Shown here piece after piece: positions 8,611 to 18,487 of a stretch of DNA of 64,000 bases. The notes below the pieces were generated by a model. It did not search any database. It worked only from the letters and a program-made list of their open reading frames with translations, and had not been told where the DNA came from. The first letter of the stretch is position 1. Each line of letters begins with the position of its first letter. A program made the translations under genes and the position numbers. This DNA is from a virus. Its lineage: Duplodnaviria; Caudoviricetes. The stretch spans positions 1-64,000 of the IMG/VR virus record IMGVR_UViG_3300042258_000341; one strand, written 5' to 3'.

Positions 8611-9180
8611 ATGTCTATTTATCGTGTTAAACTTGCGGAAGAAAAATTTGTGCCTAAAAAAGACGTTGTTTTGAAAAAGGACGTTGATTTTAATACAAAT
8701 AAAACTTCTGACAAGAGTAAAAAACCTTTCAACCCCAATGATCCTGATCCGGGATTTGACCCTAATGCGGAAGCAACAACCACCGTGCCTTCTGAAATAA
8801 CTGCTCTTGAAAAAGAACAGCAGAAACACATTATGAAGCAATCTGCAAGACCCCGTAAAATGAATCAGCCGGGATATAAGTTTTATCTTGTGAACCAAGC
8901 GGGGAATAAAATTCGTTCCGGGTGGGAATATCTGGAAGACGCTAAAGATGCGAAAGCCGATGACCCTAAATCTGGGAAGATTTTACAATTAAGAGGGTTG
9001 AAAGCATTGGGTCTTGATCCTAATGTTAATTCGTTCTGGGATGATGATAGAGTGGGGCGAGTTTCTACAAAGAAACCAGCTTTTATCGGAAAAGAAATGA
9101 AAACAGCAATGCAGTATCTTTCTTCAACTCAGGCAAGAGATGATGTTTTTTACGCAGAAAAAGACGAAGATAAAGACTGA
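8611..9180 (+). CDS. hypothetical protein, probably an internal head protein
   Basis: AGGTGAG RBS; N-terminal VKLAEE; C-terminal KTAMQYLS shared with 11164. Confidence 0.65.
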   Translation: MSIYRVKLAEEKFVPKKDVVLKKDVDFNTNKTSDKSKKPFNPNDPDPGFDPNAEATTTVPSEITALEKEQQKHIMKQSARPRKMNQPGYKFYLVNQAGNKIRSGWEYLEDAKDAKADDPKSGKILQLRGLKALGLDPNVNSFWDDDRVGRVSTKKPAFIGKEMKTAMQYLSSTQARDDVFYAEKDEDKD

Positions 9181-9192
9181 TTTCTAACTCAC

Positions 9193-9236
9193 AAAAAAAA
9201 ACACCAAGACTTTTAAGTTTTTGGTGTTTTTTTTTT
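9193..9236 (+). terminator. intrinsic terminator
   Basis: A9-CACCAA...TTGGTG-T10. Confidence 0.8.
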
Positions 9237-9287
9237 GTAAAATTTTTTATTTATTTTTACTATATTTTAATAGGAGAGTAAAAATAA

Positions 9288-9629
9288 ATGGAAATACAAA
9301 AAATAAATGTAAAGGAAACTCTGAAGATTGTTCTTGAAGATCAAAAGGACATTGAATCAGTCTTAATTGCTCAAGAACAAGAATTGCGAGGGGAACCAAT
9401 TGATTACCCCCCGGAAGATAACTGGGATCTGCTAATCTATGTGGCAGAAAGAGGGTTAATGTTTACTTACCGGACACGGTTTCATAAAACCCCTGAAAAA
9501 TTAATGTCATTTGTAAAACTACCTAAAGAATTACAACAGAAGATTCTTTACCGAGCTTTTTACGTTTATCGAAAATTCTACACAGTGAACACCGGTGGAA
9601 GAAGTTTCCCATTAAAATTTGATAATTAA
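9288..9629 (+). CDS. hypothetical protein, paralog of 41316..41687
   Basis: ELRGEP...TPEKLMSFVKLPKELQQKILYRA; upstream TTTTACTATAT promoter motif and AGGAG. Confidence 0.75.
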   Translation: MEIQKINVKETLKIVLEDQKDIESVLIAQEQELRGEPIDYPPEDNWDLLIYVAERGLMFTYRTRFHKTPEKLMSFVKLPKELQQKILYRAFYVYRKFYTVNTGGRSFPLKFDN

Positions 9630-10337
9630 CTCCATTAAACGGTTCATCTCAGATATTAATTCTTTCAACAATGATTTTGCTTCTTGATATCTTTCCGGAG
9701 GCATATATGTTCGAGAAGAAATCAAAACATTTAAAATTTCTTTAGCCTCTTGAAGGAATTGTCCCATTTTCTGATGATGCTTCACATTGAAAATTTTTGC
9801 CAGTATTTGCAAATAAGAAACTTTTCGTTTAAAAGCCTTTTTGATATCACGTACAAAAGAAGATTTTTTTTGTGAAACATATTCTGAAAGTAAGTGGTGT
9901 AATTTTTCTAAAATCTTAGAGACATTTATGAATTGAGAGTAAAGCTGTTTCTTTTTTTCAGGTTTGTTCTCAAAATCCACAACTTTTAAATCTGAAATTA
10001 CAAAATTCTCCATATTTTTCATAAGGGTTTTTATTTTACCCAATGCCGGATAAGTATGGCGATTTAATTGTTGTTCAGGACTCCACCCATGTCCCGGGTA
10101 ATTAATTTCTTCTGCATTTTTAATAGAAGCCTTTACCTGTCGGATTAATTTATTATAAGCTTGCTCGGCATCTTTTACAGATGGGTATTTCTTTAAAGAA
10201 ACGGTTTCATTTGCGTCCAAATCTCGAATTCGAACCATCCCTTTATTGTCTTCTGTAGAAACGAAAAGATCATATTGTATATTGTCTTGGTCTGTGAAAG
10301 AATGAAAAAGTTCACTCTCGACATTTAATATTCGCAT
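9612..10337 (-). CDS. hypothetical protein; C-terminus resembles 41656..42156
   Basis: KKSSF...SYLQILAKIFNVK; convergent overlap with 9288. Confidence 0.7.
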   Translation of the reverse strand: MRILNVESELFHSFTDQDNIQYDLFVSTEDNKGMVRIRDLDANETVSLKKYPSVKDAEQAYNKLIRQVKASIKNAEEINYPGHGWSPEQQLNRHTYPALGKIKTLMKNMENFVISDLKVVDFENKPEKKKQLYSQFINVSKILEKLHHLLSEYVSQKKSSFVRDIKKAFKRKVSYLQILAKIFNVKHHQKMGQFLQEAKEILNVLISSRTYMPPERYQEAKSLLKELISEMNRLMELIIKF

Positions 10338-10422
10338 ATTGTTTTCCGCCTGTGAAATAGAGTATTCTATTTGTAGATGAAAGTATGAAGAAATAAACAG
10401 ATAATCCTTTTCACATTTAAGT

Positions 10423-11112
10423 ATGGCTGAAACGATATTAATAGAAATCGTGAATCTTTTTAACTGGGAGCCTTTGAAAAAAACCTCCCGGGCACAAATG
10501 ATTCTCGAAAAGATGGGAAAAAGAAAAGCCGATGAACTCCTTGAAGGATTTGCATATTGGCTTTTAAATTTTTACAAAGGCTTAATATTAAATGCAATTC
10601 GGCTACAGAAATTCCCCCAAACTTATCAACCCTTGTCTAAAGCTTATGTAGAGCGGAAGAGAAAAAAGGGTTGGAAATTAGGTTTCTGGGAAATGACGGG
10701 GTTTTTGCAACAACACATTACTATTTGGAAAGATGCTCGAAGAAGTTATTGCATCGGCTTTAAGTCGGGGATTGTTCACCCGGTTTCTGGAACCCCTATA
10801 CTTACAATTGTGAAAGTTCTCGAAAGAGGGTCTGCAAAAAGAGGAATCCCGGCAAGACCTCTTTTCTTTCCATTGGCGGCGGGGGTGAGTAAACATATTT
10901 ACGATGTACATTGGAAAAAATATTTGCGGGAAAAACACCCACAAATTTATAAAGATATGATGTATGAGGAACAACATCCGGGCGAAAAAGAAGCCCCGGA
11001 AAAGAAAATCCCGGGCGGAAATAAAACCCCTACAACTCAGAAAGTAACTTTCCCGGAAAAGAAAACGCCGGAAAAAGTTCTTCCCGGTCAGAATAAAACA
11101 ATAATTAAGTGA
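10423..11112 (+). CDS. virion morphogenesis / neck (tail-completion-like) protein
   Basis: PLSKAYVERK...TGFL...LERGS..GIPARPLF motif. Confidence 0.65.
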   Translation: MAETILIEIVNLFNWEPLKKTSRAQMILEKMGKRKADELLEGFAYWLLNFYKGLILNAIRLQKFPQTYQPLSKAYVERKRKKGWKLGFWEMTGFLQQHITIWKDARRSYCIGFKSGIVHPVSGTPILTIVKVLERGSAKRGIPARPLFFPLAAGVSKHIYDVHWKKYLREKHPQIYKDMMYEEQHPGEKEAPEKKIPGGNKTPTTQKVTFPEKKTPEKVLPGQNKTIIK

Positions 11113-11163
11113 TATTCTCTACTTCATGTAGATGAATTTATTTTTAAGTTTGGAGAATTTAAC

Positions 11164-11901
11164 ATGACGATTTCTAAATTAAGCGTGGTTGAAAATAAGC
11201 CTGTAACCAATAAAAAAGCAGAAGATATGAAAGACACTTACATTCAACTTTTACAGGAAGGCTATAAGCCGGAAGAAGTTGAAAAATATGTAAAAGATGT
11301 TCAGAAAGACCCAAGCACTCAAGCTCCCAAATCTCAGGGCGGGGTTCCTTCTATAGGTTCAGATGCAGATAACTTCAAAGGTAAACAAGGTTTCCGAAGA
11401 ACAAAAGCAAACGAAACTTTCCGAGTTGAAAAAGCAATGTCTGTAGAACAAATGGTTTCTTTAAGTAAGGGAACTCGTTGGGATTTTCGTGATCCGAGAA
11501 TGGCAGAAAGATATTTTGTAGACGGTGTTTACTTTATTTACAAAACCGGAGAAAACAAACCTTTCGCGGCAGCTTCTCCTAAGCACAATATTCTTGTAAA
11601 TAGGAATGATGAAGATATTTCAGGAACCCCTGAAGGAGAAGAAATAAAAAGGTTACTTCCTGCAGGTAAACAAGGTTCTTTCTCCGCTGCAATGGATTAC
11701 CTTGCAAAGAAAGAAGAAAAGAAAGAAGACCTGAGCAAAAACGGTTTCCCTCTTAAATCGGAACCTAAAAAGAATTCGGTAAAATCTGCAATGGAATATC
11801 TTGCAGGAGAAGATAACAAACAGCCTTCAAAAGAAGAACTGGAAAAAATGCCTTCACACCAGAAAGCAAAAAACTTTTCTGAATCAGATTTCACACGGTA
11901 A
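11164..11901 (+). CDS. hypothetical protein with a degenerate GTxW domain and two AMxYLA motifs
   Basis: LSKGTRWDF; SAAMDYLA and KSAMEYLA. Confidence 0.7.
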   Translation: MTISKLSVVENKPVTNKKAEDMKDTYIQLLQEGYKPEEVEKYVKDVQKDPSTQAPKSQGGVPSIGSDADNFKGKQGFRRTKANETFRVEKAMSVEQMVSLSKGTRWDFRDPRMAERYFVDGVYFIYKTGENKPFAAASPKHNILVNRNDEDISGTPEGEEIKRLLPAGKQGSFSAAMDYLAKKEEKKEDLSKNGFPLKSEPKKNSVKSAMEYLAGEDNKQPSKEELEKMPSHQKAKNFSESDFTR

Positions 11902-11911
11902 TTAAAAAACA

Positions 11912-12280
11912 ATGGCAGATTTCACAATACAATTGGATGATGGTGCTTTTGAAATTCTAAAAGAAACAAATTCTTTGGAAATCTTCGATGTCGAAACCAG
12001 CGAAGAAACTGGCGAATTTGATTATCCTGACGATATTATTAAAACCCATCAGAAATCGTTAAATGCTAATATTCATAAAGAAGCCCAAAAGGAAGGACTT
12101 GATCCTGAAAAATACAGTATTAAGTCCTTCCTGATTCTTGCAAAAAATGAAGATGAAGCAAATGAACTGGGGATGCTAAGAAACGAAGAAGCCAGTTTCG
12201 TAGCTTGTGTTGAAGTTGCTGAAGCAGAAGTGAATGGTTCAAAAGGCTGGAATCTGTATCTTTTAGGAGCTTTGGTGTGA
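11912..12280 (+). CDS. acidic hypothetical protein
   Basis: 122-aa ORF in operon. Confidence 0.65.
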   Translation: MADFTIQLDDGAFEILKETNSLEIFDVETSEETGEFDYPDDIIKTHQKSLNANIHKEAQKEGLDPEKYSIKSFLILAKNEDEANELGMLRNEEASFVACVEVAEAEVNGSKGWNLYLLGALV

Positions 12281-12606
12281 AAAGGGAAACTGTTGAAATA
12301 CTACATACTGCAGGGATTACTGACTGGTTTAAAGGGCTGTTGTCCGACCAGAACCCCTCAATAAATAAAAATAATGTTGAAAACTTTAAAAAGTTTCAAC
12401 AACAAGCGCAGATTCTTGCACAACAATTATCAAATACCGTCTCTAAAATGAAAGACTTTGGTTTGGATAAATTAAAAGAATTTAAAGGGCAAAACAATAA
12501 AACAACCCTTGAAAACTCTGTGGACTTTTTAAATCACTTTGCAAAAATCTTAAATGAGACGGACTACGAAATAGAACATGACAAACCCGGAAAAGAAATA
12601 AAATGA
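12277..12606 (+). CDS. hypothetical protein, tandem paralog of 12603
   Basis: EILHTAGITDWFK ... KTTLENSVDFL. Confidence 0.7.
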   Translation: MKRETVEILHTAGITDWFKGLLSDQNPSINKNNVENFKKFQQQAQILAQQLSNTVSKMKDFGLDKLKEFKGQNNKTTLENSVDFLNHFAKILNETDYEIEHDKPGKEIK

Positions 12607-13109
12607 AAAAACTCGAAATACATACTGCAGGTATTTTAGATTTCTTTAAACAAGAAAAAGGAAAATTAACCCTTACAAAAGAGCAAGCCCAAGAGTTTGA
12701 GGAATTTAAGAAAGAAATTTTCACAATTTACAAAAAGATCAACAATGCATATAAACTGTATTTTCAGGGAGCCAAACTTAAATCACGGAATCCGGAATAT
12801 ATTGTTGAAAAATACCGGGATGAAAAAGGAAATGTGAAAGAAAGAAAAGTAGAAAAAAACACTTCCACTTCTAAGAAGATAGATTTCAAAGGAAAATGGG
12901 GTTTCTTTCTCGAAGATAATAAAACCTCTCTTGGGCAAGCAATCCATTCACTATATGCATTCCTGACAAAACTGGATAATATCGCATATGCTGTTACAAA
13001 TCAACAGCAGCAACCTGAAGAAAAACCTGCTCAACAGCAACCTGAAGAAAAGAAACCGGAACCGGAACAACAAAAGCCTGAAAATAAACCTCCGGAAGAA
13101 AAGAAATGA
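12603..13109 (+). CDS. hypothetical protein with a Q/P/E/K-rich tail, tandem paralog of 12277
   Basis: EIHTAGILDFFK ... KTSLGQAIHSL. Confidence 0.7.
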   Translation: MKKLEIHTAGILDFFKQEKGKLTLTKEQAQEFEEFKKEIFTIYKKINNAYKLYFQGAKLKSRNPEYIVEKYRDEKGNVKERKVEKNTSTSKKIDFKGKWGFFLEDNKTSLGQAIHSLYAFLTKLDNIAYAVTNQQQQPEEKPAQQQPEEKKPEPEQQKPENKPPEEKK

Positions 13110-13780
13110 TTACAAGATACTCTCAATTAAAAATTAGTCGAAAACAATTACCCACCCCAACTTCTGATTTAATGTCGGAGTTGGGTGTTCAGCCTATTGC
13201 AACGCAACGAGACACAAATGTCCATAAAAAATTCTTTGAAGTCTTTGTGGATAATTGGATAATTGAACACAATAAACACCCGGTGATTGTTGAAATAGGG
13301 GCTGGAAAAGGATTGAATGTTCGTAATTTGGAAGAAAAAGGGCTTGATATTATTGCTGTTGAGCCTTTTGTGAATGAAAAATATTGGGGAGAACGAACCC
13401 CTGAATATTCTTTTTCTTCTGAAGTGCCCTCTAAAATTGCAGATATTGTGTATTGTGCTTATGTTTTGAATGTTGTCCCTGAAGATATTGCAAAAGGAAT
13501 TATTCGAGATATCATTAATATTCTGAAGCCTAAAGGGGAGGCTTACATTATCACCCGGGGAAATGATATCTCAGCAATTCCGGTAGTCCACCCTAAATAC
13601 GGAGAATTGAAATGGGGTGAATTGGAATTGATCACAAAATCTCAAGGCAAATTAACCTATCAAAAAGGTTTTACTTTCAACTCTTTAAGAGATTTGATTC
13701 TCTCGGTAGATTCTTCGGTAACGGTTGAAAAAGCGAAAGGCTCTGCTGCAGGTAGTGTAAAAGTAATTCTTAAAAAATAA
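13106..13780 (+). CDS. class I SAM-dependent methyltransferase; MITRYS leader
   Basis: VEIGAGKG, IIAVEPF, DIVYCAYVLNVV. Confidence 0.8.
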   Translation: MITRYSQLKISRKQLPTPTSDLMSELGVQPIATQRDTNVHKKFFEVFVDNWIIEHNKHPVIVEIGAGKGLNVRNLEEKGLDIIAVEPFVNEKYWGERTPEYSFSSEVPSKIADIVYCAYVLNVVPEDIAKGIIRDIINILKPKGEAYIITRGNDISAIPVVHPKYGELKWGELELITKSQGKLTYQKGFTFNSLRDLILSVDSSVTVEKAKGSAAGSVKVILKK

Positions 13781-13802
13781 CAAAAGATCGGGGAAATAAA
13801 AA

Positions 13803-14333
13803 ATGCTCGAATTTCTACAAACTCTTTTACTTGAAATTGTAAAAAGTATTCACTGGGGGGAAGTTCTTACTTCTTTGATAAACACAATCCTTTACTTGTG
13901 TATCCCCTTGTTTCTGGAATGGTCAACCGGAGTGTTAAGAGCTTCGTCTACTTATCTGGAAGCAAACAAAGAAAATTCATGGATGCTTCAATTCATGGCG
14001 GATATTGCAACTACAATGGATGCGCAGTGGCAAATAGAAGCTAAAGACATCCGAAAAGCTTGGGATGAAGGTAGATTAACACAGGAAGAATGGGATAAAC
14101 AAAAACAAGAACTTAAAGATGGTTTTAATAAAAAGATGCTTCTGAAATTACAGAAATATCCAGCAGCGTATGCTAAAAAGTTCGAAGGCGAAATTGAAGA
14201 TCAGATGGAAGCATATCTGGCAAAAAATAAAAAGATAGAGGCTCTTACAAAAGCTATTAAAGAAAACACCTCAATTCAAGATCCGGAGTTAATAAACGCA
14301 TTGAAATCTTTTGCGGAAAAGCAAAAGAACTAA
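13803..14333 (+). CDS. membrane protein (holin-like?)
   Basis: Hydrophobic N-terminus followed by a charged helical domain. Confidence 0.45.
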   Translation: MLEFLQTLLLEIVKSIHWGEVLTSLINTILYLCIPLFLEWSTGVLRASSTYLEANKENSWMLQFMADIATTMDAQWQIEAKDIRKAWDEGRLTQEEWDKQKQELKDGFNKKMLLKLQKYPAAYAKKFEGEIEDQMEAYLAKNKKIEALTKAIKENTSIQDPELINALKSFAEKQKN

Positions 14334-14349
14334 CTTATATCTTAAACAT

Positions 14350-14383
14350 AAAACCTCTCTATATATGTAGAGAGGTTTTTTTT
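14350..14383 (+). terminator. intrinsic terminator
   Basis: AAAACCTCTCTAT...GTAGAGAGG-T8. Confidence 0.8.
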
Positions 14384-14390
14384 CGTTCTT

Positions 14391-14600
14391 ATGTCTAAAA
14401 AAAATAAAACTTTCAAAAATCATATTGAAGTTGAAAAAGTAAAAAAACTCCCACATTGTTTGGGTAAAAAATGTAACAGATTCATGATGTTCCGAGAAAG
14501 TTGCCCGTTAGATAATTGTTTTCATCTTTCAGAAGCTGACAAAAAGAAAAACGCAATAGAAAACTTGGCAAAAATCTTATCGGAAATTCAAGAAGATTGA
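14391..14600 (+). CDS. small Cys-containing hypothetical protein
   Basis: 69-aa ORF with four Cys. Confidence 0.5.
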   Translation: MSKKNKTFKNHIEVEKVKKLPHCLGKKCNRFMMFRESCPLDNCFHLSEADKKKNAIENLAKILSEIQED

Positions 14601-14617
14601 AACAATAAGAAAATTTT

Positions 14618-14646
14618 TTGAAAATATTCTCTTATTGCTCTATATA
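14618..14646 (+). promoter_or_regulatory. sigma70-like promoter of nrdD
   Basis: TTGAAA-N17-TATATA. Confidence 0.6.
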
Positions 14647-14699
14647 TTGATATCGCATGTATTTATAAAAAATTTTAACGAAGAGGTTGACCATACACC

Positions 14700-16724
14700 A
14701 TGACACCTATTTCTCCCGACCAACTCCCAGAAAACATTCGTGAATATTCTGTTTGCCACACTTTTGATCGTGATTTTATAAACAGTCTTAACAAACTTCA
14801 CAGACAATACGGAGATGAAGTCTTTGAAGTTCTTGGAATCGCAAATAGAAACTTGGATATCGCTCGATTCTCGGAAGAATTTTTCAACAAATCAACTGCA
14901 AATGTCGCAGATGTTTCTGTAGATGATAATGCTAATGTTTCAGAAAAAAATATTTCACATTATGAATCAGAATCAACGAAAGCATTACAGAAATTAAATT
15001 CTTTGGCAACCATGTACGTGTGGGTAAAAAAATGTTTCAGTAAAAAAGATGCGGATGTTGCTCTGGATAAGGTTATGAGCGGGGAAGTGTTCGTTTCAGA
15101 TTTAACTTGCTTTCAAAAACCATACTGTTTTGCTTTCGATTTAAGAAATATGTTGTATGAGGGGATGTCTTTTTTTAAAGGTAATTTTAAAATACACCCC
15201 CCGAAAAGAACCTCTTCTTTTATTGCTCAACTGATCCAAACTATTGCTTATATCAGTAATCAAATAGTGGGTGCAGCAGCATTTCCTTCAGCCCTTATCG
15301 ACCTTGATTATTTCCTTCGAAAAGATTACGGAAATGACTATATGGAGAAGATTAAAGAAGATTCAGAAATGAATTGTGAAATAACAAATCATTTTCAGAA
15401 TTTCATTTATTCCGTTAATTATCCTTTTAGAGGGGCGGGGCAGTCGGCTTTTACAAATCTTAGTGTTTTAGACAGGGGTTTCATAAAATCTCTTTTCACA
15501 AAAGAAGGGGTTTCAGGCAGTGATTATTTGTATCCAGACGGAACGACTGTGAACATCGAATCCTCTTTAGCTCTTTCTAAATTCTTTTTCGAATATTATA
15601 CGGAAATAAATCAAAAAGAAGGTATATTCACATTTCCGGTAATGACTCTTGCTATCTCTATTGATGATAACGGGGATTATGTTGACCCGGAATTTGTGGA
15701 ATGGGTGGGTAAAGCAAATTCTGAAAAATGTCTGGGAAATGTTTTTATCAACAAACCAACCAGTTTTTCAAGTTGTTGTCGGTTATTGAATAATTTCGAA
15801 AATCTTTCAGAAATAGGATATACAAACTCTTTTGGGGTTGGGTCTCTTTCAGTCGGCAGTCACAGAGTTTCAGGGTTAAATCTTCCTCGAATTTCTCTTT
15901 TGGAAAAAGACAATCCAAACATATTAGACGAAGCTTTACAAACGATTCACAATATCCTTTTTGCACATCGAAAAATGTTGGAAGATAGTATTGCAGCAGG
16001 GAATATGCCTTTGTATTCAACAAATTGGATAAGTCTTAAACGACAATATTCGACTGTTGGGTTTGTAGGTATGTTTGAATATTTGAAGAATAAGAATCTT
16101 AATCCTGTTGAAGAAAAATCAATCCTTGAAGGTTTAAAAGTTCTTAAACACATCGAAAATAAAATGGTTGAATGGCAGAAAGCAGATGGATGTACTTTCA
16201 ATCTGGAACAAATCCCGGCAGAAAGCTTTGCGGTTCGTCTTGCAAAACTAGATACCCTTCTCGGATATAACCCGAATGATTTCCAAATTTATTCCAATCA
16301 ATATCTGCCTCTTTGGGAAGATAGCTCAATTTATGATCGTTTCAAATTACAAGGAAAATTTGATTCTCATACAACCGGGGGTGCAATCCTTCATATCAAT
16401 GTTCAAGACAGTAAGCCTCTTTCCCCGAGACAGTTTAAAGCTCTTCTTGAACAAGCTCGAACTTCCGGAACTGTTTATTTCGCAATAAATCTTGCTTTTA
16501 GTGAATGTAAAAATTCACATTTCACAACAGGGCAACAAGAAAAATGTCCTGTTTGTCAGGAAGAAATTGTAAATCAATACACTCGTGTCGTAGGATATTT
16601 AAGTAAAGTCTCTGCATGGAATAAAACAAGAAGAACCTTGGATTACCCTAACAGACACTTCTATACAAACGGTAAATTAGCGGCTCTCGGAAAAGAAGAT
16701 GAAGTTGTTGTTAAAGAAGCTTAA
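14700..16724 (+). CDS. nrdD: anaerobic (class III) ribonucleoside-triphosphate reductase, no ATP cone
   Basis: PYC, QSAFTN, FTFPV, SSCCRL, EQIPAES, TGGAILH, CxxxH/CPVC and glycyl-radical TRVVGYL. Confidence 0.95.
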   Translation: MTPISPDQLPENIREYSVCHTFDRDFINSLNKLHRQYGDEVFEVLGIANRNLDIARFSEEFFNKSTANVADVSVDDNANVSEKNISHYESESTKALQKLNSLATMYVWVKKCFSKKDADVALDKVMSGEVFVSDLTCFQKPYCFAFDLRNMLYEGMSFFKGNFKIHPPKRTSSFIAQLIQTIAYISNQIVGAAAFPSALIDLDYFLRKDYGNDYMEKIKEDSEMNCEITNHFQNFIYSVNYPFRGAGQSAFTNLSVLDRGFIKSLFTKEGVSGSDYLYPDGTTVNIESSLALSKFFFEYYTEINQKEGIFTFPVMTLAISIDDNGDYVDPEFVEWVGKANSEKCLGNVFINKPTSFSSCCRLLNNFENLSEIGYTNSFGVGSLSVGSHRVSGLNLPRISLLEKDNPNILDEALQTIHNILFAHRKMLEDSIAAGNMPLYSTNWISLKRQYSTVGFVGMFEYLKNKNLNPVEEKSILEGLKVLKHIENKMVEWQKADGCTFNLEQIPAESFAVRLAKLDTLLGYNPNDFQIYSNQYLPLWEDSSIYDRFKLQGKFDSHTTGGAILHINVQDSKPLSPRQFKALLEQARTSGTVYFAINLAFSECKNSHFTTGQQEKCPVCQEEIVNQYTRVVGYLSKVSAWNKTRRTLDYPNRHFYTNGKLAALGKEDEVVVKEA

Positions 16725-17784
16725 TATTGTAGCTGCAGGTTTATTCAACCTGAAAGGTCTTGAAGCGAAATTAGCTTCCGCTATTGCCAGTTCAATAGCG
16801 GAAGCTATTCTTCAGCAACAAAAAGAAGACCCGAATGTTTTAACAATTAAAAAAGCCGCAAAACTTGCAAAAGAACTTTTTAATAAAAAATACGGATATA
16901 TCATGCGCATCCGGGATATTTATCCGAATAAAGAATTCAAACTCTTTAAAGACGAAGTTAAAGAAAAATATTTCAAAAGAATTATTTTAAGTATTGCTGA
17001 TTTAGGAAATGAACTTTATTTAGATCCTCCGAGGACGGGTCATGTTGGTGAAATACGTTACTCTTTCGAAGCAATTATTCGAGAATTGATCGCTACAGGG
17101 AGTATCTTTGAAGGGAATGAGGTCTCCTTGTCTTCCATTACTTCTACAGTAAGAGATATCGTTTCCCATGAATTAAGACATGCTGTAGATAGTGTTTTCA
17201 ATCCCAAGGATATTACTCGAAATGATTTTTCTTGGCAGAAAGAAATTAACACTCAAGATATGTCGGAAGATGATTACAATAAAATTCATTACTATAATTC
17301 CCCCACAGAACTAAAGTCATGGGCGGGAGGTTTGGCACAGCATCTTTTCCGTTTCTTTAAAGGAGACATTTCTCAATTCAACAACAAAGAAGTTTTACAA
17401 CAGGGCTTAACTTCTTATCGTGAGTTTTTAAAATATTTAACCCCGAGGAATAAGAAAAAATTCATGACCCGGGTTTACAACGAATTTCAAAGACTTCAAG
17501 AAGCAAATTTCGGGAAAGAAGAAATTTCGGAAGGAAAGTTCATTGATCCTTTTCAAGATATAAAAGAAAAAGCCCAAGAAGCTAAAAATGTTAAAGAATT
17601 TATCGAAACTCTTTTTCCACATTGGGACAGAATAAAAGAAGATAAAAAATCGTATAAATATCTGGAAAGTAAAGACCTTGTAAAAACATTGAAAAAAGAT
17701 TTTCCTTTGTTGAAGGCGGGGAGAAATCCGGAATTCACAAAAGAAGAAGATCTGCCTTTAAGATTAAAAACACAAAGATACTGA
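16699..17784 (+). CDS. zincin-like metallopeptidase domain protein
   Basis: IVSHELRHAVD (HExxH) with downstream YYNSPTE; N-terminal KKLNIVAAG. Confidence 0.65.
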   Translation: MKLLLKKLNIVAAGLFNLKGLEAKLASAIASSIAEAILQQQKEDPNVLTIKKAAKLAKELFNKKYGYIMRIRDIYPNKEFKLFKDEVKEKYFKRIILSIADLGNELYLDPPRTGHVGEIRYSFEAIIRELIATGSIFEGNEVSLSSITSTVRDIVSHELRHAVDSVFNPKDITRNDFSWQKEINTQDMSEDDYNKIHYYNSPTELKSWAGGLAQHLFRFFKGDISQFNNKEVLQQGLTSYREFLKYLTPRNKKKFMTRVYNEFQRLQEANFGKEEISEGKFIDPFQDIKEKAQEAKNVKEFIETLFPHWDRIKEDKKSYKYLESKDLVKTLKKDFPLLKAGRNPEFTKEEDLPLRLKTQRY

Positions 17785-17809
17785 AATTTTTAAATTTTTT
17801 GGGTATATC
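17781..17809 (+). promoter_or_regulatory. sigma70-like promoter
   Basis: CTGAAA-N17-TATATC. Confidence 0.5.
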
Positions 17810-17838
17810 TTATATAAATCACAGAAAGAAATTTATAA

Positions 17839-18327
17839 ATGAGTAAACGACTTTTAATTTCAGACATGCATTTTGGACACGAAGCGATAATGCGTTACGA
17901 GAATCGCCCCTTCGAATCTGTCGATGAAATGGATGCTGAAATCATTCAAAGATGGAATGTTCAAGTTAAAAAAGCAGATCATATTTTTGTTCTTGGGGAT
18001 ATTTCTTTTCATTCCCCTGAAAAAACAAAAGAAATCTTCAAAAAGCTTAACGGGAATAAAACTCTGATTCTTGGCAATCACGACAACAGAAGTGTTTCTT
18101 TTTATTTAAGTCTGGGATTTAAATTTGTAAGCAAATATCCTATAATTGTCGATGAGTTTTACATTTTAAGTCATGCTCCTGTATATTTGAACGAAAACAT
18201 GCCTTATGTTAATATTCATGGGCATATTCATAACAAAACAATTTCCGGGAAGTATTACAATGTTTCTGTAGAAAGGACAAATTACTCACCCATTAACTTT
18301 GATTTCATAAAAAGGACTTTCAAGTAA
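17839..18327 (+). CDS. calcineurin-like metallophosphoesterase
   Basis: SDMHFGH, LGD, GNHD, HGHIH. Confidence 0.92.
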   Translation: MSKRLLISDMHFGHEAIMRYENRPFESVDEMDAEIIQRWNVQVKKADHIFVLGDISFHSPEKTKEIFKKLNGNKTLILGNHDNRSVSFYLSLGFKFVSKYPIIVDEFYILSHAPVYLNENMPYVNIHGHIHNKTISGKYYNVSVERTNYSPINFDFIKRTFK

Positions 18328-18328
18328 A

Positions 18329-18487
18329 ATGCCGTATTTTCAATACAACTGCGAATGTGGGGCGTATAAAATTCTCTGGGATTGGAGATATGACGAAGCT
18401 GAAAAACGTGTTTTACAATGTAAAAAATGTGGGAAAGATATGCCATGCCAAGTTATTGCTATGCGTGTTCCTGTGGGAACGAAGTAA
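18329..18487 (+). CDS. small Zn-ribbon (FmdB-like) protein, not in the ORF track
   Basis: MPYFQYNCECG...CKKCGKDM. Confidence 0.55.
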   Translation: MPYFQYNCECGAYKILWDWRYDEAEKRVLQCKKCGKDMPCQVIAMRVPVGTK

